A stretch of DNA of 64,000 nt, taken from assembly GCA_965229935.1 (NCBI GenBank), contig CBDDKB010000002.1, positions 130,178 through 194,177 of the forward strand, written 5' to 3'. The notes under the pieces are model-generated. The model ran no database searches, was not told where the DNA came from, and saw only the letters and a program-made list of their open reading frames with translations. Both the position numbers and the translations under genes were made by a program. Of the stretch, positions 38,739-49,187 are shown in pieces. Position 1 is the stretch's first letter, and every line of letters begins with the position of its first letter. This DNA comes from Alphaproteobacteria bacterium. Its GTDB lineage: Bacteria; Pseudomonadota; Alphaproteobacteria; SPJN01.

Positions 38739-40332
38739 AGGCTGGCAGCTCCACCACAAATTTGGCGCCGCAAATATCGCCGTTTTTGTCTTTTCTGTTG
38801 CGGGCTTCGATTGTGCCGCCATGCACCTCGACAATTTGTTTTGAAATCGCAAGGCCCAGGCCCGAATGACCGCCAAACCCCTCTGAGGCTGGCCGTTCTG
38901 TATAAAACCGTTCAAAGATTGATTTCACATTGTCCGGCGGAATGCCCGGCCCTTCGTCGGCAACTGCAAAAACAACTTTGCGGCCATCACGATGGGCGCT
39001 GATCGTTATGGTGCCCCCTTCAGGCGAAAAGCTGGTCGCATTTGATAAAAGATTATGCACAACCTGCCCAAGCCGGGATTCAATGCCGGGGACAATCAAC
39101 TTATCCTTATCGCGTAGGTCGAGCTTCAGTGTCGGGGCGTGGCTGCCATCCGCCTTGCTTTCATTCAAGGTGCGGGTCATGTCTGCAACAGAGGTTAGCA
39201 GCGCCTGCAAATCAACCTTGCTCATCTCCTCGCGGGACAGTTCAGCATCAAGGCGGGAGGCATTGGCAATGTCGCTTAACAAACGGTCAATGCGTTCCAC
39301 ATCATGACGGATCACAGCTTCAAGGCGGGCGCGTTGTTCGTCAGTGCGTGCAAGGTCAAGCGTTTCGACCGCACTTTTCAGGCTGGTCAGGGGGTTCTTG
39401 ATTTCATGGGCGACATCGGCGGCAAAACTTTCGATGGCGTCGATCCGGTTATAAAGCGCCTCCGTCATGTCGTAGAGAGAGCGTGACAGTTCCCCAATCT
39501 CATCCCGGCGCGCGGTAAAGCGGGGAATTTCAACCCTGCCGCCAACAACGGTGCGAACGCGGTGTGCGGCATGGGCCAGCCTGCGGATCGGTTGGGCGAT
39601 GGTGCTTGCCAGCAAGGTGGCGCTGACAAAGGCAATCGAAAGCGCCATCGCAAAGACAAGCAAAAGGCGCGCCCGTTCGGTGCGCACCAGCGCCTCAATA
39701 TCGCCTGCCTCTGTCGACAGCATAAGCGCACCAAGCACCGCCTTGAACCGTGTAACCGGCACAGCGACAGAAACGATTAACTCGTCTTGCGCATTGCGGC
39801 GCACAGCCTGTGTGTTGGTGCCTTCAAGGGCGTTTAGAACTTCGGGATAGTCGCTCGCTTCTTGATCTATACGTTCCTGATAAAGCGGCAGGCCGTCTTC
39901 GACAGGGAACATCAGGCGGGTCAGGAATTTCTGACCTTTTTCGATCAAGTTGTTGACCTCACCGACCAAGGAAAAGCCAGCCTCCGGCGGTTCAAGCTCA
40001 TAACTTAAGACTTGCCCCGCAAACAGGTGCTGACGTGTGTCGGCCAGCAACAGCCCATCACGGTCAAAGATGCGGGCGCGGGTCCCTGTCGGCACGGCAA
40101 GCCGCCGCAACAGGGCGCGGGCCTGACGATAATCAATCACCTCAGCATTTTTGCTAATCGCGCCTTGTCCAACCGCACCGGCAATAATTGTGCCTTGGGT
40201 GGTCAGCGCATCAATGCGTGCTTCGATCAAATCGTCCCGAAGCGAGGTGACAAAGATCACCCCCGCCAACATGGCGAGCAATACCAGCAGATTGACCGCA
40301 ATGATGCGGGCTGTAAGTGATCTTAGGCGCAT
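38731..40332 (-). CDS. chvG: Sensor histidine kinase ChvG/ExoS family
   Basis: N-terminal TM, periplasmic domain, second TM, HAMP, H-box HEIKNPLTSL, ATPase domain. Confidence 0.8.
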   Translation of the reverse strand: MRLRSLTARIIAVNLLVLLAMLAGVIFVTSLRDDLIEARIDALTTQGTIIAGAVGQGAISKNAEVIDYRQARALLRRLAVPTGTRARIFDRDGLLLADTRQHLFAGQVLSYELEPPEAGFSLVGEVNNLIEKGQKFLTRLMFPVEDGLPLYQERIDQEASDYPEVLNALEGTNTQAVRRNAQDELIVSVAVPVTRFKAVLGALMLSTEAGDIEALVRTERARLLLVFAMALSIAFVSATLLASTIAQPIRRLAHAAHRVRTVVGGRVEIPRFTARRDEIGELSRSLYDMTEALYNRIDAIESFAADVAHEIKNPLTSLKSAVETLDLARTDEQRARLEAVIRHDVERIDRLLSDIANASRLDAELSREEMSKVDLQALLTSVADMTRTLNESKADGSHAPTLKLDLRDKDKLIVPGIESRLGQVVHNLLSNATSFSPEGGTITISAHRDGRKVVFAVADEGPGIPPDNVKSIFERFYTERPASEGFGGHSGLGLAISKQIVEVHGGTIEARNRKDKNGDICGAKFVVELPAYD

Positions 40333-40365
40333 TGTCCGCCTGACTGTGGTTTATCGGTAAAGGCC

Positions 40366-41109
40366 CTATGCCTTGCCATCATTATAGCGATAGCCGATCC
40401 CGTACAGAGTCTCAATGGCGTCAAAATTGTCATCGACCTGTTTGAACTTCTTGCGCAGGCGTTTGATGTGGCTGTCAATGGTGCGATCATCCACATAGAC
40501 ATCATCCTCATAGGCGGCATCCATCAGATTATCGCGGCTTTTCACATGGCCGGGACGAACGGCCAAAGCCTTCAGGATCAGAAATTCGGTTACTGTCAGA
40601 TTGACCGGCTTGTCATCCCACAGGCAGGCATGCCGGGCGGGGTCCAGCAACAAGGGGCCCCGTTCAATCGGTTTTTCCATATCGCCTGTTTCTGCATCGG
40701 CAACGGGATTGGCGCGGCGCAAGATGGCCTTGATCCGTTCGACCAGCAGCCGTTGCGAAAAGGGTTTGCGGATATAGTCATCCGCGCCCATGGAAAGCCC
40801 CAACACTTCGTCAATCTCTTCATCTTTTGAGGTAAGGAAGATCACCGGCATATCGGTTTTGGTGCGCAATTGGCGCAACAGGTCCATGCCATCCATGCGC
40901 GGCATCTTGATATCGAGCACGGCAAGGTCGGGCGGTGTTGTTGTCAGCGCCTGCAGGGCCGCCACAGAATCTGAATATGTGTTGACTGTGAAGCCTTCCG
41001 CTTCCAGTGCAATCTGGACGGAGGTGAGAATGTTGCGGTCATCATCTACCAGCGCGATTGTGGCGTCGGTTACGAGGGATGAGCTGGACATTTGGGTCTC
41101 CATATACAT
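40366..41109 (-). CDS. chvI: Response regulator ChvI (OmpR family)
   Basis: [23 protein letters not shown] receiver domain plus winged-helix C-terminus. Alternative start MSSSS at 41091. Confidence 0.8.
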   Translation of the reverse strand: MYMETQMSSSSLVTDATIALVDDDRNILTSVQIALEAEGFTVNTYSDSVAALQALTTTPPDLAVLDIKMPRMDGMDLLRQLRTKTDMPVIFLTSKDEEIDEVLGLSMGADDYIRKPFSQRLLVERIKAILRRANPVADAETGDMEKPIERGPLLLDPARHACLWDDKPVNLTVTEFLILKALAVRPGHVKSRDNLMDAAYEDDVYVDDRTIDSHIKRLRKKFKQVDDNFDAIETLYGIGYRYNDGKA

Positions 41110-41241
41110 TGGTCTGCCTCTTCAATCTTGAACCATGCGGGCATAAGACGAGGCGGTTGAGGCCGAATTGTGTCAGAACCTAGCGTAAAAAATGGCCTGT
41201 GTTTAGTGGTTTAGATGACTGTGACAGCGGTCACAGCCTGA

Positions 41242-42579
41242 TTAGGACCGTTTGATTGGGCGGCTTGTGACATGGTGAAAGCGCCAAAGCGCATAGGCGA
41301 CAACGATCGACAGGCCTGCCGCCAGCCCGGTGACCAGCCCTTCAACCCCGTAGTCAGCGCGGAAGGTCAACCACCATCCAAATGGCAGCGCAATGGCCCA
41401 CAGGCCCAGAATTTGCGCAATAGCGGCAGGCCAAACATCCCCCGCACCGCGCAGCGCGCCGCGAATAACCCCTAAACTACTATCAAAAATGATTGCCAGT
41501 CCGGCTGCCTGAATGGTCACCTGCGCAATGGCAAGCATCTCTTGTTCATCGACGTAAATCAGCGCGATGCCGCGCGGCCAAAGCCAACAGGCAAGGCAGA
41601 ACGGCAATATCATTGCCCAAAGGCTGATGATGCCGGACCACCCGGCCTTATTGGCGGCACGTTGATCGGCTGCCCCGACAAAGCGGCCAACCCGGATAGC
41701 TGCGGCTGCGCCTGTGCCCAAGGCCATCATAAAGGCCAGCGCCACAAGATTGTTGGTGATCTCATAGGCGGCAAGGTGCAGTGGCCCAATGGTGGCCGCC
41801 ATAAAGGCGATCATGCGGAAGGCACCAACATCAAACCCCTGAACCAAAAACAAGGGGGTGCCAATTTTCAAAAGGCGGGGAATGACACTTGGTTGCGTTG
41901 GCGCTTTTTTAAGCCACAAATCAATCTCCATCTCGCGCGCGACGATGGTCAGACCGATAAACCCGGCTATTGTGATCAGCACACGCAATATGGTTGTCGT
42001 CAGCACCGCACCTTCTGCGCCCATCGGCGGTATCGGTCCGGCACCAAACACGAACAGGTAATCAAGTCCGACATTCAGGATGACGATGATCAGGGTCAGC
42101 CACATGGCGATGCGCGGTCGGCCCAGCGCATCAAGCGTGTTTGTGATGGCTACAAAGACCATCATGGCAAGTAGGCCCGGTGCATATAGATAGGTCAGGG
42201 GAACCGCGTTGGCGATCATCTCCTCAGACTGGCCAAACAGTCTGAATATGTCAGCGGCAAAAAAGGCTGACAGGCTAAAGGCCAAGCCAACCCAAAATCC
42301 CAACCCCAATGCGGCGCGAAATATGATGCCGATTTGTTTCCGCTCTCCTGCGCCAACTGTTTGGGCGGTCAGCACCGCGGTGCCCTGCATAAGGCCAAAG
42401 CCTGCAATCATCAAAACGATCTGTGGTGTGACCCCAAGGCCCATATAGGCCAATTGTTCAGGCGCGAACTGACCAACTGTCATCGTGTCGGCAGTTACCA
42501 ATAAAACAAAGCCAGCGCGCATCACAATGATGGGCAGGGATAGGGCCATTGTTTCGCGAAAATGTTGGGTCCAGGTCAT
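41242..42579 (-). CDS. MATE family efflux transporter
   Basis: 12-TM profile. Start MTWTQHFRETMALSLPIIVMRAGF is typical of MATE/NorM. The track ORF is extended 52 codons upstream. Confidence 0.75.
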   Translation of the reverse strand: MTWTQHFRETMALSLPIIVMRAGFVLLVTADTMTVGQFAPEQLAYMGLGVTPQIVLMIAGFGLMQGTAVLTAQTVGAGERKQIGIIFRAALGLGFWVGLAFSLSAFFAADIFRLFGQSEEMIANAVPLTYLYAPGLLAMMVFVAITNTLDALGRPRIAMWLTLIIVILNVGLDYLFVFGAGPIPPMGAEGAVLTTTILRVLITIAGFIGLTIVAREMEIDLWLKKAPTQPSVIPRLLKIGTPLFLVQGFDVGAFRMIAFMAATIGPLHLAAYEITNNLVALAFMMALGTGAAAAIRVGRFVGAADQRAANKAGWSGIISLWAMILPFCLACWLWPRGIALIYVDEQEMLAIAQVTIQAAGLAIIFDSSLGVIRGALRGAGDVWPAAIAQILGLWAIALPFGWWLTFRADYGVEGLVTGLAAGLSIVVAYALWRFHHVTSRPIKRS

Positions 42580-42658
42580 AAAGCTCTGTGCGCAGATTTC
42601 ATTGTCGGGCAAGATAGGGCCAGACCCATGGTGAAACAATCTTATTCGGTGATTTGCA

Positions 42659-43159
42659 GTGACAGACCAAAATGACGATTTGCAGAGTTTAGCGCGACGC
42701 ATTCTGGATAGTGAGCCGCTTGGCAGCCTGTCCACATTAGCTGCCCAATCAATAGGTGACGCAGCAAAAGGGGCGCCCTATGCCAGTTTGGTGCTTGTCG
42801 GTCAGGACCCTGCTGACGGCGCGCCGATTTTGCTTTTGTCCGGATTGGCTAGGCATACACAAAACTTGAAGGCCGATCCGCGCGGCTCGCTGTTGCTGGT
42901 GCCCGAACTTGCAGCGGGCGAGGGGCCGTTGGAAGGCGCGCGCCTGACATTGCTGGGGCGATTCTGCGTTGTTGAGGGTGATTCTATGACCGATTCTGTC
43001 CGGTCGGCCTATTTGCAGCGTCATGCGGATGCCGAAACTTATGTAGATTTTGCAGATTTTGACTTTTGGCGCATGCAGGTAGAGGGTGCGCATCTGGTTG
43101 CGGGATTTGGAAGAATCACTGAAATTCCGGTCAATTCGCTGATTTTACGGCGTGATTAG
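42659..43159 (+). CDS. Pyridoxamine 5'-phosphate oxidase-like / HugZ-like FMN-binding fold protein
   Basis: GTG start; 166 aa. Split-barrel-like pattern YASLVLVG...PILLLSGLARHTQNL. Low-confidence family call. Confidence 0.4.
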   Translation: MTDQNDDLQSLARRILDSEPLGSLSTLAAQSIGDAAKGAPYASLVLVGQDPADGAPILLLSGLARHTQNLKADPRGSLLLVPELAAGEGPLEGARLTLLGRFCVVEGDSMTDSVRSAYLQRHADAETYVDFADFDFWRMQVEGAHLVAGFGRITEIPVNSLILRRD

Positions 43160-43472
43160 AGACTGCTGATTAGCTGCTCGACATCGACAGAAAATATACA
43201 CAAATTCTCGGGAAAAATGCCGCAATTTGCGAGTCGTTATTAGGTTGCCAATAAGCCGTCGGCATGCTTATTTGCAGCCCATCGGAGCGAACGGTCTGGA
43301 CCTGAAATGGCCCGGGCCTGATCTGCTCCCCATTTTGGAGATGTATGGAAGCAGGCAACCATGCGGGACGAAAGTCCGCTCGCGTGGCGGGCCTGATTTT
43401 CAGTTTAGAACAGGCCGCACTGACGCTCCCCCTTATTCAGTCAGGTGCCGCCTTTTATGAAGGATAGATGCC

Positions 43473-45086
43473 GTGACAAACACTGGCCTTCAGACGCAAG
43501 ACGATCTTATCCCGACAAAGGGTCTTGATTATTTGGGTATCGCTGTGGACACAGTCCATTGGAATTTGCGTGCGCATTCGCTGTTTCAGGCAGCGATCGA
43601 ACGCAAGGAAGGCCGTGTAACGGCGCAAGGCGCGTTTGTTGCACAAACCGGTGAACATACTGGCCGTTCCGCACAAGACAAATTCACTGTCCGCGATTCA
43701 GAAACCGAAGATCAGGTCTGGTGGGAAAATAACAAGCCCATGACCCCTGAAAACTTCGACACCCTGTATGAAGACTTTATCGCCTTTGCCAATGCGCGCG
43801 GCGAACTGTTTGTACAAGATTTGTTGGGTGGCGCTGACCTTGATCACCGTCTGCCGGTTCGTGTTGTTGGCTGTCACGCTTGGCACTCGCTGTTTATTCA
43901 GCATCTGTTGATCCAGCCTGAGCCTGCTGAACACAAAGATTTCGATCCGCAATTCACCATCGTGCATATGCCCGAATTCCGCGCCGACCCTGCCAAGCAC
44001 GGCACGCGCAGCGGTACAGTGATTGCGGTGAACTTCACCAAACGTTTGGTTCTGATCGGCGGCACATCATATGCCGGTGAAATGAAGAAATCAGTCTTCA
44101 CGATCCTGAACTATCTGCTGCCCGCCAAATCAGTGATGCCGATGCATTGTTCAATCAATGTTGGCGATGAGGGCGATTCAGCAATCTTCTTTGGTCTGTC
44201 AGGTACAGGTAAGACCACATTGTCAGCCGATCCCAACCGCGTCTTGGTTGGTGATGACGAACATGGTTGGTCAGAAAATGGCGTCTTCAACTTTGAAGGT
44301 GGCTGCTATGCCAAGATGATCAATCTGTCACCGGAAGCAGAACCAGAAATCTACAGCACCACACAGCGTTTCAGCACTGTGCTGGAAAATGTTGTGATGG
44401 ATGATAATGGCATCATTGATTTTGATGATTCTTCGCTGACAGAAAACACTCGCGGTGCTTATCCCATCAGCTTTATCCCGAATTCTTCGGAAACAGGCCG
44501 TGCGGGTCATCCGAACAATATCATCATGCTGACAGCAGATGCGTTCGGTGTGTTGCCCCCCATTGCCAAGCTGACACCCAGCCAGGCCATGTATCACTTC
44601 CTGTCAGGTTACACTGCCAAGGTTGCAGGTACAGAAAAGGGCGTGACAGAACCCCAGGCAACATTCTCAACCTGTTTCGGTGGTCCCTTTATGCCCCGTC
44701 ACCCCAGCGAATATGGCAATCTGCTACGTAAGTTGATTGCAGAACATGGGGTTGATTGCTGGTTGGTCAACACAGGCTGGACCGGCGGTGCCTATGGCGT
44801 TGGCTCTCGTATGCCGATCAAGGAAACCCGTGCGCTGTTGAATGCAGCATTGGACGGGTCACTGCGTGACGCCCAATTCCGCATGGACGAGAATTTCGGC
44901 TTTGAAGTGCCGGTTTCTGTTCCCGGCGTGAACGACGCATTGCTTGATCCGCGTGGCACATGGTCAGATGGCGCAGCCTATGACGCACAGGCCCAAAAGC
45001 TGGTCAGCATGTTCATTGAAAACTTCGGTCAGTATGAAGCCCATGTTGACCCTGATGTGATTGCAGCAGCACCGACCGCCGCTTAA
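43473..45086 (+). CDS. pckA: Phosphoenolpyruvate carboxykinase (ATP)
   Basis: [11 protein letters not shown] kinase-1a motif; 537 aa; ATP-type PEPCK architecture. Confidence 0.95.
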   Translation: MTNTGLQTQDDLIPTKGLDYLGIAVDTVHWNLRAHSLFQAAIERKEGRVTAQGAFVAQTGEHTGRSAQDKFTVRDSETEDQVWWENNKPMTPENFDTLYEDFIAFANARGELFVQDLLGGADLDHRLPVRVVGCHAWHSLFIQHLLIQPEPAEHKDFDPQFTIVHMPEFRADPAKHGTRSGTVIAVNFTKRLVLIGGTSYAGEMKKSVFTILNYLLPAKSVMPMHCSINVGDEGDSAIFFGLSGTGKTTLSADPNRVLVGDDEHGWSENGVFNFEGGCYAKMINLSPEAEPEIYSTTQRFSTVLENVVMDDNGIIDFDDSSLTENTRGAYPISFIPNSSETGRAGHPNNIIMLTADAFGVLPPIAKLTPSQAMYHFLSGYTAKVAGTEKGVTEPQATFSTCFGGPFMPRHPSEYGNLLRKLIAEHGVDCWLVNTGWTGGAYGVGSRMPIKETRALLNAALDGSLRDAQFRMDENFGFEVPVSVPGVNDALLDPRGTWSDGAAYDAQAQKLVSMFIENFGQYEAHVDPDVIAAAPTAA

Positions 45087-45109
45087 TCACCATCAAATCA
45101 AGTTTTGGA

Positions 45110-45149
45110 AGGCCGATGCCCCAGATTGGGTGTCGGCCTTTCTTTTTGC
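45110..45149 (+). terminator. pckA terminator (stem aggccga/tcggcct, then TTCTTTTT)
   Basis: Hairpin 24 nt after the pckA stop. Confidence 0.5.
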
Positions 45150-45208
45150 GCGCAGGCCCCTGTTCGGGCAGAATATCAAGAATGAGGAACCTGTTCACGG
45201 GGGGTGAA

Positions 45209-45616
45209 ATGAAACGCATTCTACTAGCTGCCCTTTGTGCGCTCCTTATAATTGGGGCACATGGCGCTGTGGCTGCCTCGCCTATTCCGCAAAAATTTCA
45301 CGGGCAATGGCAGATCATAATCAAGACGGAGAATTGGAACCCATGGTGGGCGGATTACAAATATCCGGTCACGCTTGAGATAAGTGACGAAAAGCGCGCA
45401 TTCACGGATCAGGCGGGCAATCACTGTGCCCCTGAACTGATCTTTTATGATGAAGCGATAGATGAGCTGATCTTCATCCATTGTCTGCCGACAAAGCATG
45501 GGATTTCGTTCAGACCCTTTTATCGCTTCAAGTCTGTTGACGGGCAGTTGATTGGGCATGTCTGGACCTATAAGGCGCTGTTTGGTCTGCAAGGTGCATC
45601 GGTCGATGCCAAATAG
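45209..45616 (+). CDS. Secreted hypothetical protein (135 aa)
   Basis: ATG at 45209 after GGGGTGA. Signal MKRILLAALCALLIIGAHGAVAAS. Ends 7 nt before the PhyH gene. Confidence 0.5.
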   Translation: MKRILLAALCALLIIGAHGAVAASPIPQKFHGQWQIIIKTENWNPWWADYKYPVTLEISDEKRAFTDQAGNHCAPELIFYDEAIDELIFIHCLPTKHGISFRPFYRFKSVDGQLIGHVWTYKALFGLQGASVDAK

Positions 45617-45622
45617 GGTGTA

Positions 45623-46399
45623 ATGTTAAGCGATTCCCAAAAGCAGGAGTTTGCGGCAACAGGATTATTGCGCCTGCCCGGAATGATTGACCCTGACCTT
45701 GTGACCAAGGCGCGGGTATTATTGTGGCGGCATCTGGAACAGCGCTTGATCTGTCGGGATGACCCTGAAACATGGCCGCGAGGGCTGGTCAGTAAGTTGC
45801 GCGCGGTGGCAGAGCGGCAGTCTATCCAAGATTTATGTACCGGTCCTGTGCGTGACTGTGTTGAAGAGTTGATGGCGGGCAGGGACCTTGCCACGATCAA
45901 TGATTATCCGGTGCAATTATTGGTGACATTTCCTGATGCGGATAGCTGGGCCGTCCCTGCAAAAATGTGGCATCTAGATATACCGCGGTTGGCAAACGAC
46001 GATATGTTGCCCGGTGTGCAGCCCTTTCTTTTTTTGGATGACGTTGCCCCCGGCGGTGGTGGCACGCTGGTTGTTGCAGGCTCCCACCGCTTATTGGTCG
46101 GCACTGACAGGCGCATCCCCTCAGCCGATGTGAAGGGCGCGCTCGGCGCCCGGTATGAGTGGTTTGCCGCCCTTATGGATAAGGGTTATGCCGACCGGGA
46201 CAGGTTCTTGAGGCCTGCTAAAGTTGAACGCGATGTGTCAGTCCAAGTGGTTGAACTGACGGGCAAGCCCGGCGATGTGGTGTTGATGGACATGCGTGCG
46301 CTTCACGCGCCGGGCCCCAATGCAAGCGGGCAGCCGCGCTTAATGGCGACTGCCCGTTACATTGATCAGGATTTATTGCCTGCGCTTTATGGCGCTTAG
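45623..46399 (+). CDS. Phytanoyl-CoA dioxygenase (PhyH) family Fe(II)/2-oxoglutarate oxygenase
   Basis: HxD...H facial-triad context (WHLDIP ... AGSHRLL) and overall PhyH-like layout. Confidence 0.6.
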   Translation: MLSDSQKQEFAATGLLRLPGMIDPDLVTKARVLLWRHLEQRLICRDDPETWPRGLVSKLRAVAERQSIQDLCTGPVRDCVEELMAGRDLATINDYPVQLLVTFPDADSWAVPAKMWHLDIPRLANDDMLPGVQPFLFLDDVAPGGGGTLVVAGSHRLLVGTDRRIPSADVKGALGARYEWFAALMDKGYADRDRFLRPAKVERDVSVQVVELTGKPGDVVLMDMRALHAPGPNASGQPRLMATARYIDQDLLPALYGA

Positions 46400-47892
46400 G
46401 CAGCAGCGGTTTTCTTTTTCGCTACTTTCTTGACGGTCTTTTTCTTAGGCGCTGTCTTTTTCGCAGCAGGGGCCGTACCTGCCTGATACGCATCGGCCAG
46501 CGCCTTGAACGCTTTAAATTCGTCAATGATATAGTCGATAATCACATCAGGGTCCGGCACCACATTGGGGCTTGCGATAATGCCGAAATCAAGCTGCTCA
46601 AGATAGGACACGCAAGTGATGTTGATGCCTTGACCATGCGCCAATGCGGAAATCGGATAATTGCCGACCACTTTGCAGCCAGCGATATAAAGCGGGTTCC
46701 GCTCGCCCTTCACATTCGACATCACCATGTTAAATGGCGGTGTGATAGAAGACGCGATCTTCGGATTTTTCGCAATCGTAAGCGCGGTTTTTGTCACAAG
46801 GTTCGGCAGGGCGCCAAGTTTGCCCAGCTCGTCCGTTGTGTCGATCAATTGTGCGGCCAGTTCCTTGCCCTGATTGGCTGAGGCTTTGACAGCCTCCAAC
46901 CGTTCAAGCTGGTCTTCAATATCTGTGCAGAATGAAATGTTCATCTGGCTGACATTGTTCAGGCTATGGCGTTTTTGCTTCATCGCGATAGGTGCACCGG
47001 CGATAAGGCTTTCTTTGGGCAGGTCGTCCTTGTCCAACAGATAGCGGCGCAGCGCCCCGCCACACAACATGATGGTGACGTCATTGATGGTTGCGCCAAA
47101 GACTTTGCCCGCCTCTTTCAATTCCATAAAGGGGATGGAGCCTGCGGCGTAAACACGTTTGGCGACCACGGGCGCGTTAAAGCGGGTGCGCGGTGCAGAC
47201 ATGCTGATCTTATCCTTTTGGATTTTGCGCGCCATGTTCCAGCCCTTTTGGGCAACAACGGCTAATTGCTCAATATCCTTTGTGATCGGACGGGACAGAC
47301 GGTTCTGCACCATATTGACGACGGTATCGCCCAAAGTGGGGCTGACACGTGTTGTTGTCCGGTCGAAATGCAGCATCGCCAGCAATGAATTTGGCGGTAG
47401 CGGCTTGCTTTCAGGAGTTTGGTCAAACATGATCTGTTGAATGATCATCCCGGCCTGACCGTCAATAGCGGCGTGATGCAGCTTTTGATAAAGCGCCACG
47501 CGATTGCCCGGCAACCCTTCGATGACGAATGTTTCCCAAAGCGGGCGTGTCATATCAATCGGTTTGATGTGCAATTCCATGCACAGGTCATAAAGCGCCT
47601 GATCATCCTTGGGTTCAGGCAGCTCAACCGTTTTGACGTGATGACGCCAGTCGATATGGCTTTCTTCAACCCAGACAGGATAGTCAATGCCAAGGGGGCT
47701 TTGTTCAGGGTGCCAGCGGAACATGGGGATCAATTCAGCCCGTTCGCGGATGGCATCAATATAGGTTTCGCGGAACGGCCCTGTCATGCCTTCCGGCTTT
47801 TCAAGGATGATCAACCCGGCAACATGCATGGGTGTTTCCGGTGATTCCATATAGTAAAATGTGGAATCCATGCCTGACAATTTCTGCAGCAT
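46396..47892 (-). CDS. Wax ester synthase / acyl-CoA:diacylglycerol acyltransferase (WS/DGAT) with Lys/Ala-rich C-terminal tail
   Basis: Catalytic HHAAIDG (HHxxxDG) motif; about 470-aa catalytic region. Last 28 aa are AGTAPAAKKTAPKKKTVKKVAKKKTAAA. AAGGGGG SD upstream of the ATG at 47892. Confidence 0.8.
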   Translation of the reverse strand: MLQKLSGMDSTFYYMESPETPMHVAGLIILEKPEGMTGPFRETYIDAIRERAELIPMFRWHPEQSPLGIDYPVWVEESHIDWRHHVKTVELPEPKDDQALYDLCMELHIKPIDMTRPLWETFVIEGLPGNRVALYQKLHHAAIDGQAGMIIQQIMFDQTPESKPLPPNSLLAMLHFDRTTTRVSPTLGDTVVNMVQNRLSRPITKDIEQLAVVAQKGWNMARKIQKDKISMSAPRTRFNAPVVAKRVYAAGSIPFMELKEAGKVFGATINDVTIMLCGGALRRYLLDKDDLPKESLIAGAPIAMKQKRHSLNNVSQMNISFCTDIEDQLERLEAVKASANQGKELAAQLIDTTDELGKLGALPNLVTKTALTIAKNPKIASSITPPFNMVMSNVKGERNPLYIAGCKVVGNYPISALAHGQGINITCVSYLEQLDFGIIASPNVVPDPDVIIDYIIDEFKAFKALADAYQAGTAPAAKKTAPKKKTVKKVAKKKTAAA

Positions 47893-48109
47893 TATGTGCC
47901 CCCTTTCGGCGCCCCAATTGTGTCAAAATGTGAAAAGGTTCCCTAATTCCGGTTGGGTTCCCCCTGACATTTCGCTTATATAAGCATAGACTATCACGAG
48001 AAAAAGACAGTACACCGTCACGGATTGACGCTGCGTCACCCTGTCGAATGATGGTTAATTGCTGCTGTTGGGACGCAATCATGTATTGGCCGTGTTAGGC
48101 ACATTTGAC

Positions 48110-48123
48110 TGACATTTTTGTCA
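48110..48123. promoter_or_regulatory. Perfect palindrome TGACAtttttGTCA in the divergent WS/DGAT / START-like intergenic region; TGACATTT recurs at 47965
   Basis: Seen directly. Candidate operator in the shared 367-bp promoter region. Confidence 0.3.
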
Positions 48124-48259
48124 TTATTCTGCCTTATTGCCCCTGCATGAAACATCACGACGACCAAGCGGGCCGAAATTGCCGGCTTGTTAAGACATTG
48201 TGGCAGCCTGAATTTTGGGGGCGCGCCTTTGTAAAAGAGTATATGCGCGGGAGGATATG

Positions 48260-48904
48260 ATGCGCTTTTGGACACAAATAAGTAAGTTTTTGACGATGAT
48301 GCTCGTGCTTGTGGGCTTGGGCTCAACCGCGGCACTGGCCGATGCCGGCTATGAAGGCTGGGAATTCGCCAAGGAAAAGAACGGCGTTAAAGTCTTTATG
48401 AAGCAGGAAGAGGGCAAGCGCTTTAAATCCTATTTGGTTGAGGCTGTGGTCCCTGGCTCCCCCGCAATCGTTGATAAGGTTGTGCGTGACGTCGAAGGCA
48501 TGCCCGACTGGTGGGGCAAGATCAAAACCGCCCGCCAATTGAAGCAGATGGGCGACAATGAATATCTGGTTTACATGGTCTACAACATGCCCTTCATCTA
48601 TTCAGACCGCGATTTCGTGCAGCATGCCAAGGCTGAGTTTGACGAAGAAACCGGCAATGTGACTGTGCGGATTGCCAATGCAGCGGACCAATACCCCGAA
48701 CAGCGCCGCTTGAAGCGTGTACAGGAATCCTACCAAATTTGGAAAATGACTGCAGTTGATGCCGATAATGTGAAGATTGTTCTGCAGGGCAACACAAATA
48801 TTGGTGATGATGTCCCGGTCGGCATGGCCAATTCCATGATGCCTGATGAGCAGATCTCGATGGTGTCAGGTCTGATCGATGCTGTGAAAAAAGCCCAGAA
48901 ATAG
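48260..48904 (+). CDS. Secreted START/Bet-v1-like (SRPBCC) lipid-binding domain protein
   Basis: GGGAGGA SD then ATG at 48260. Signal MRFWTQISKFLTMMLVLVGLGSTAALA. About 190-aa mature domain with a START-like beta-grip pattern. Family call is tentative. Confidence 0.45.
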   Translation: MRFWTQISKFLTMMLVLVGLGSTAALADAGYEGWEFAKEKNGVKVFMKQEEGKRFKSYLVEAVVPGSPAIVDKVVRDVEGMPDWWGKIKTARQLKQMGDNEYLVYMVYNMPFIYSDRDFVQHAKAEFDEETGNVTVRIANAADQYPEQRRLKRVQESYQIWKMTAVDADNVKIVLQGNTNIGDDVPVGMANSMMPDEQISMVSGLIDAVKKAQK

Positions 48905-48978
48905 CACCTGGCGAAAAATGAATTCAGCAAGGCCCGCTAACTTCGGTTGGCGGGCTTTGTTTTTTGCCGGTTAGAAGA

Positions 48979-49055
48979 TGGTGATCCCGACAGGATTCGA
49001 ACCTGTGACCTACAGATTAGGAATCTGTCGCTCTATCCAACTGAGCTACGGGACC
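48979..49055 (-). tRNA. tRNA-Arg (anticodon CCT)
   Basis: Reverse complement GGTCCCGTAGCTCAGTTGGATAGAGCGACAGATTCCTAATCTGTAGGTCACAGGTTCGAATCCTGTCGGGATCACCA, 77 nt with a clean cloverleaf. Confidence 0.85.
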
Positions 49056-49187
49056 ACGCAAGCGGGTTGATACCGCAATGCTGCGAATTCATCAATCGGT
49101 TTTCAACCACCAAGCTATTTTCACCTTGCACATGATTGATCACAGGCACACTATTTCCCAAAATGAAAAGAAAAAGGGGCAGGGGTT

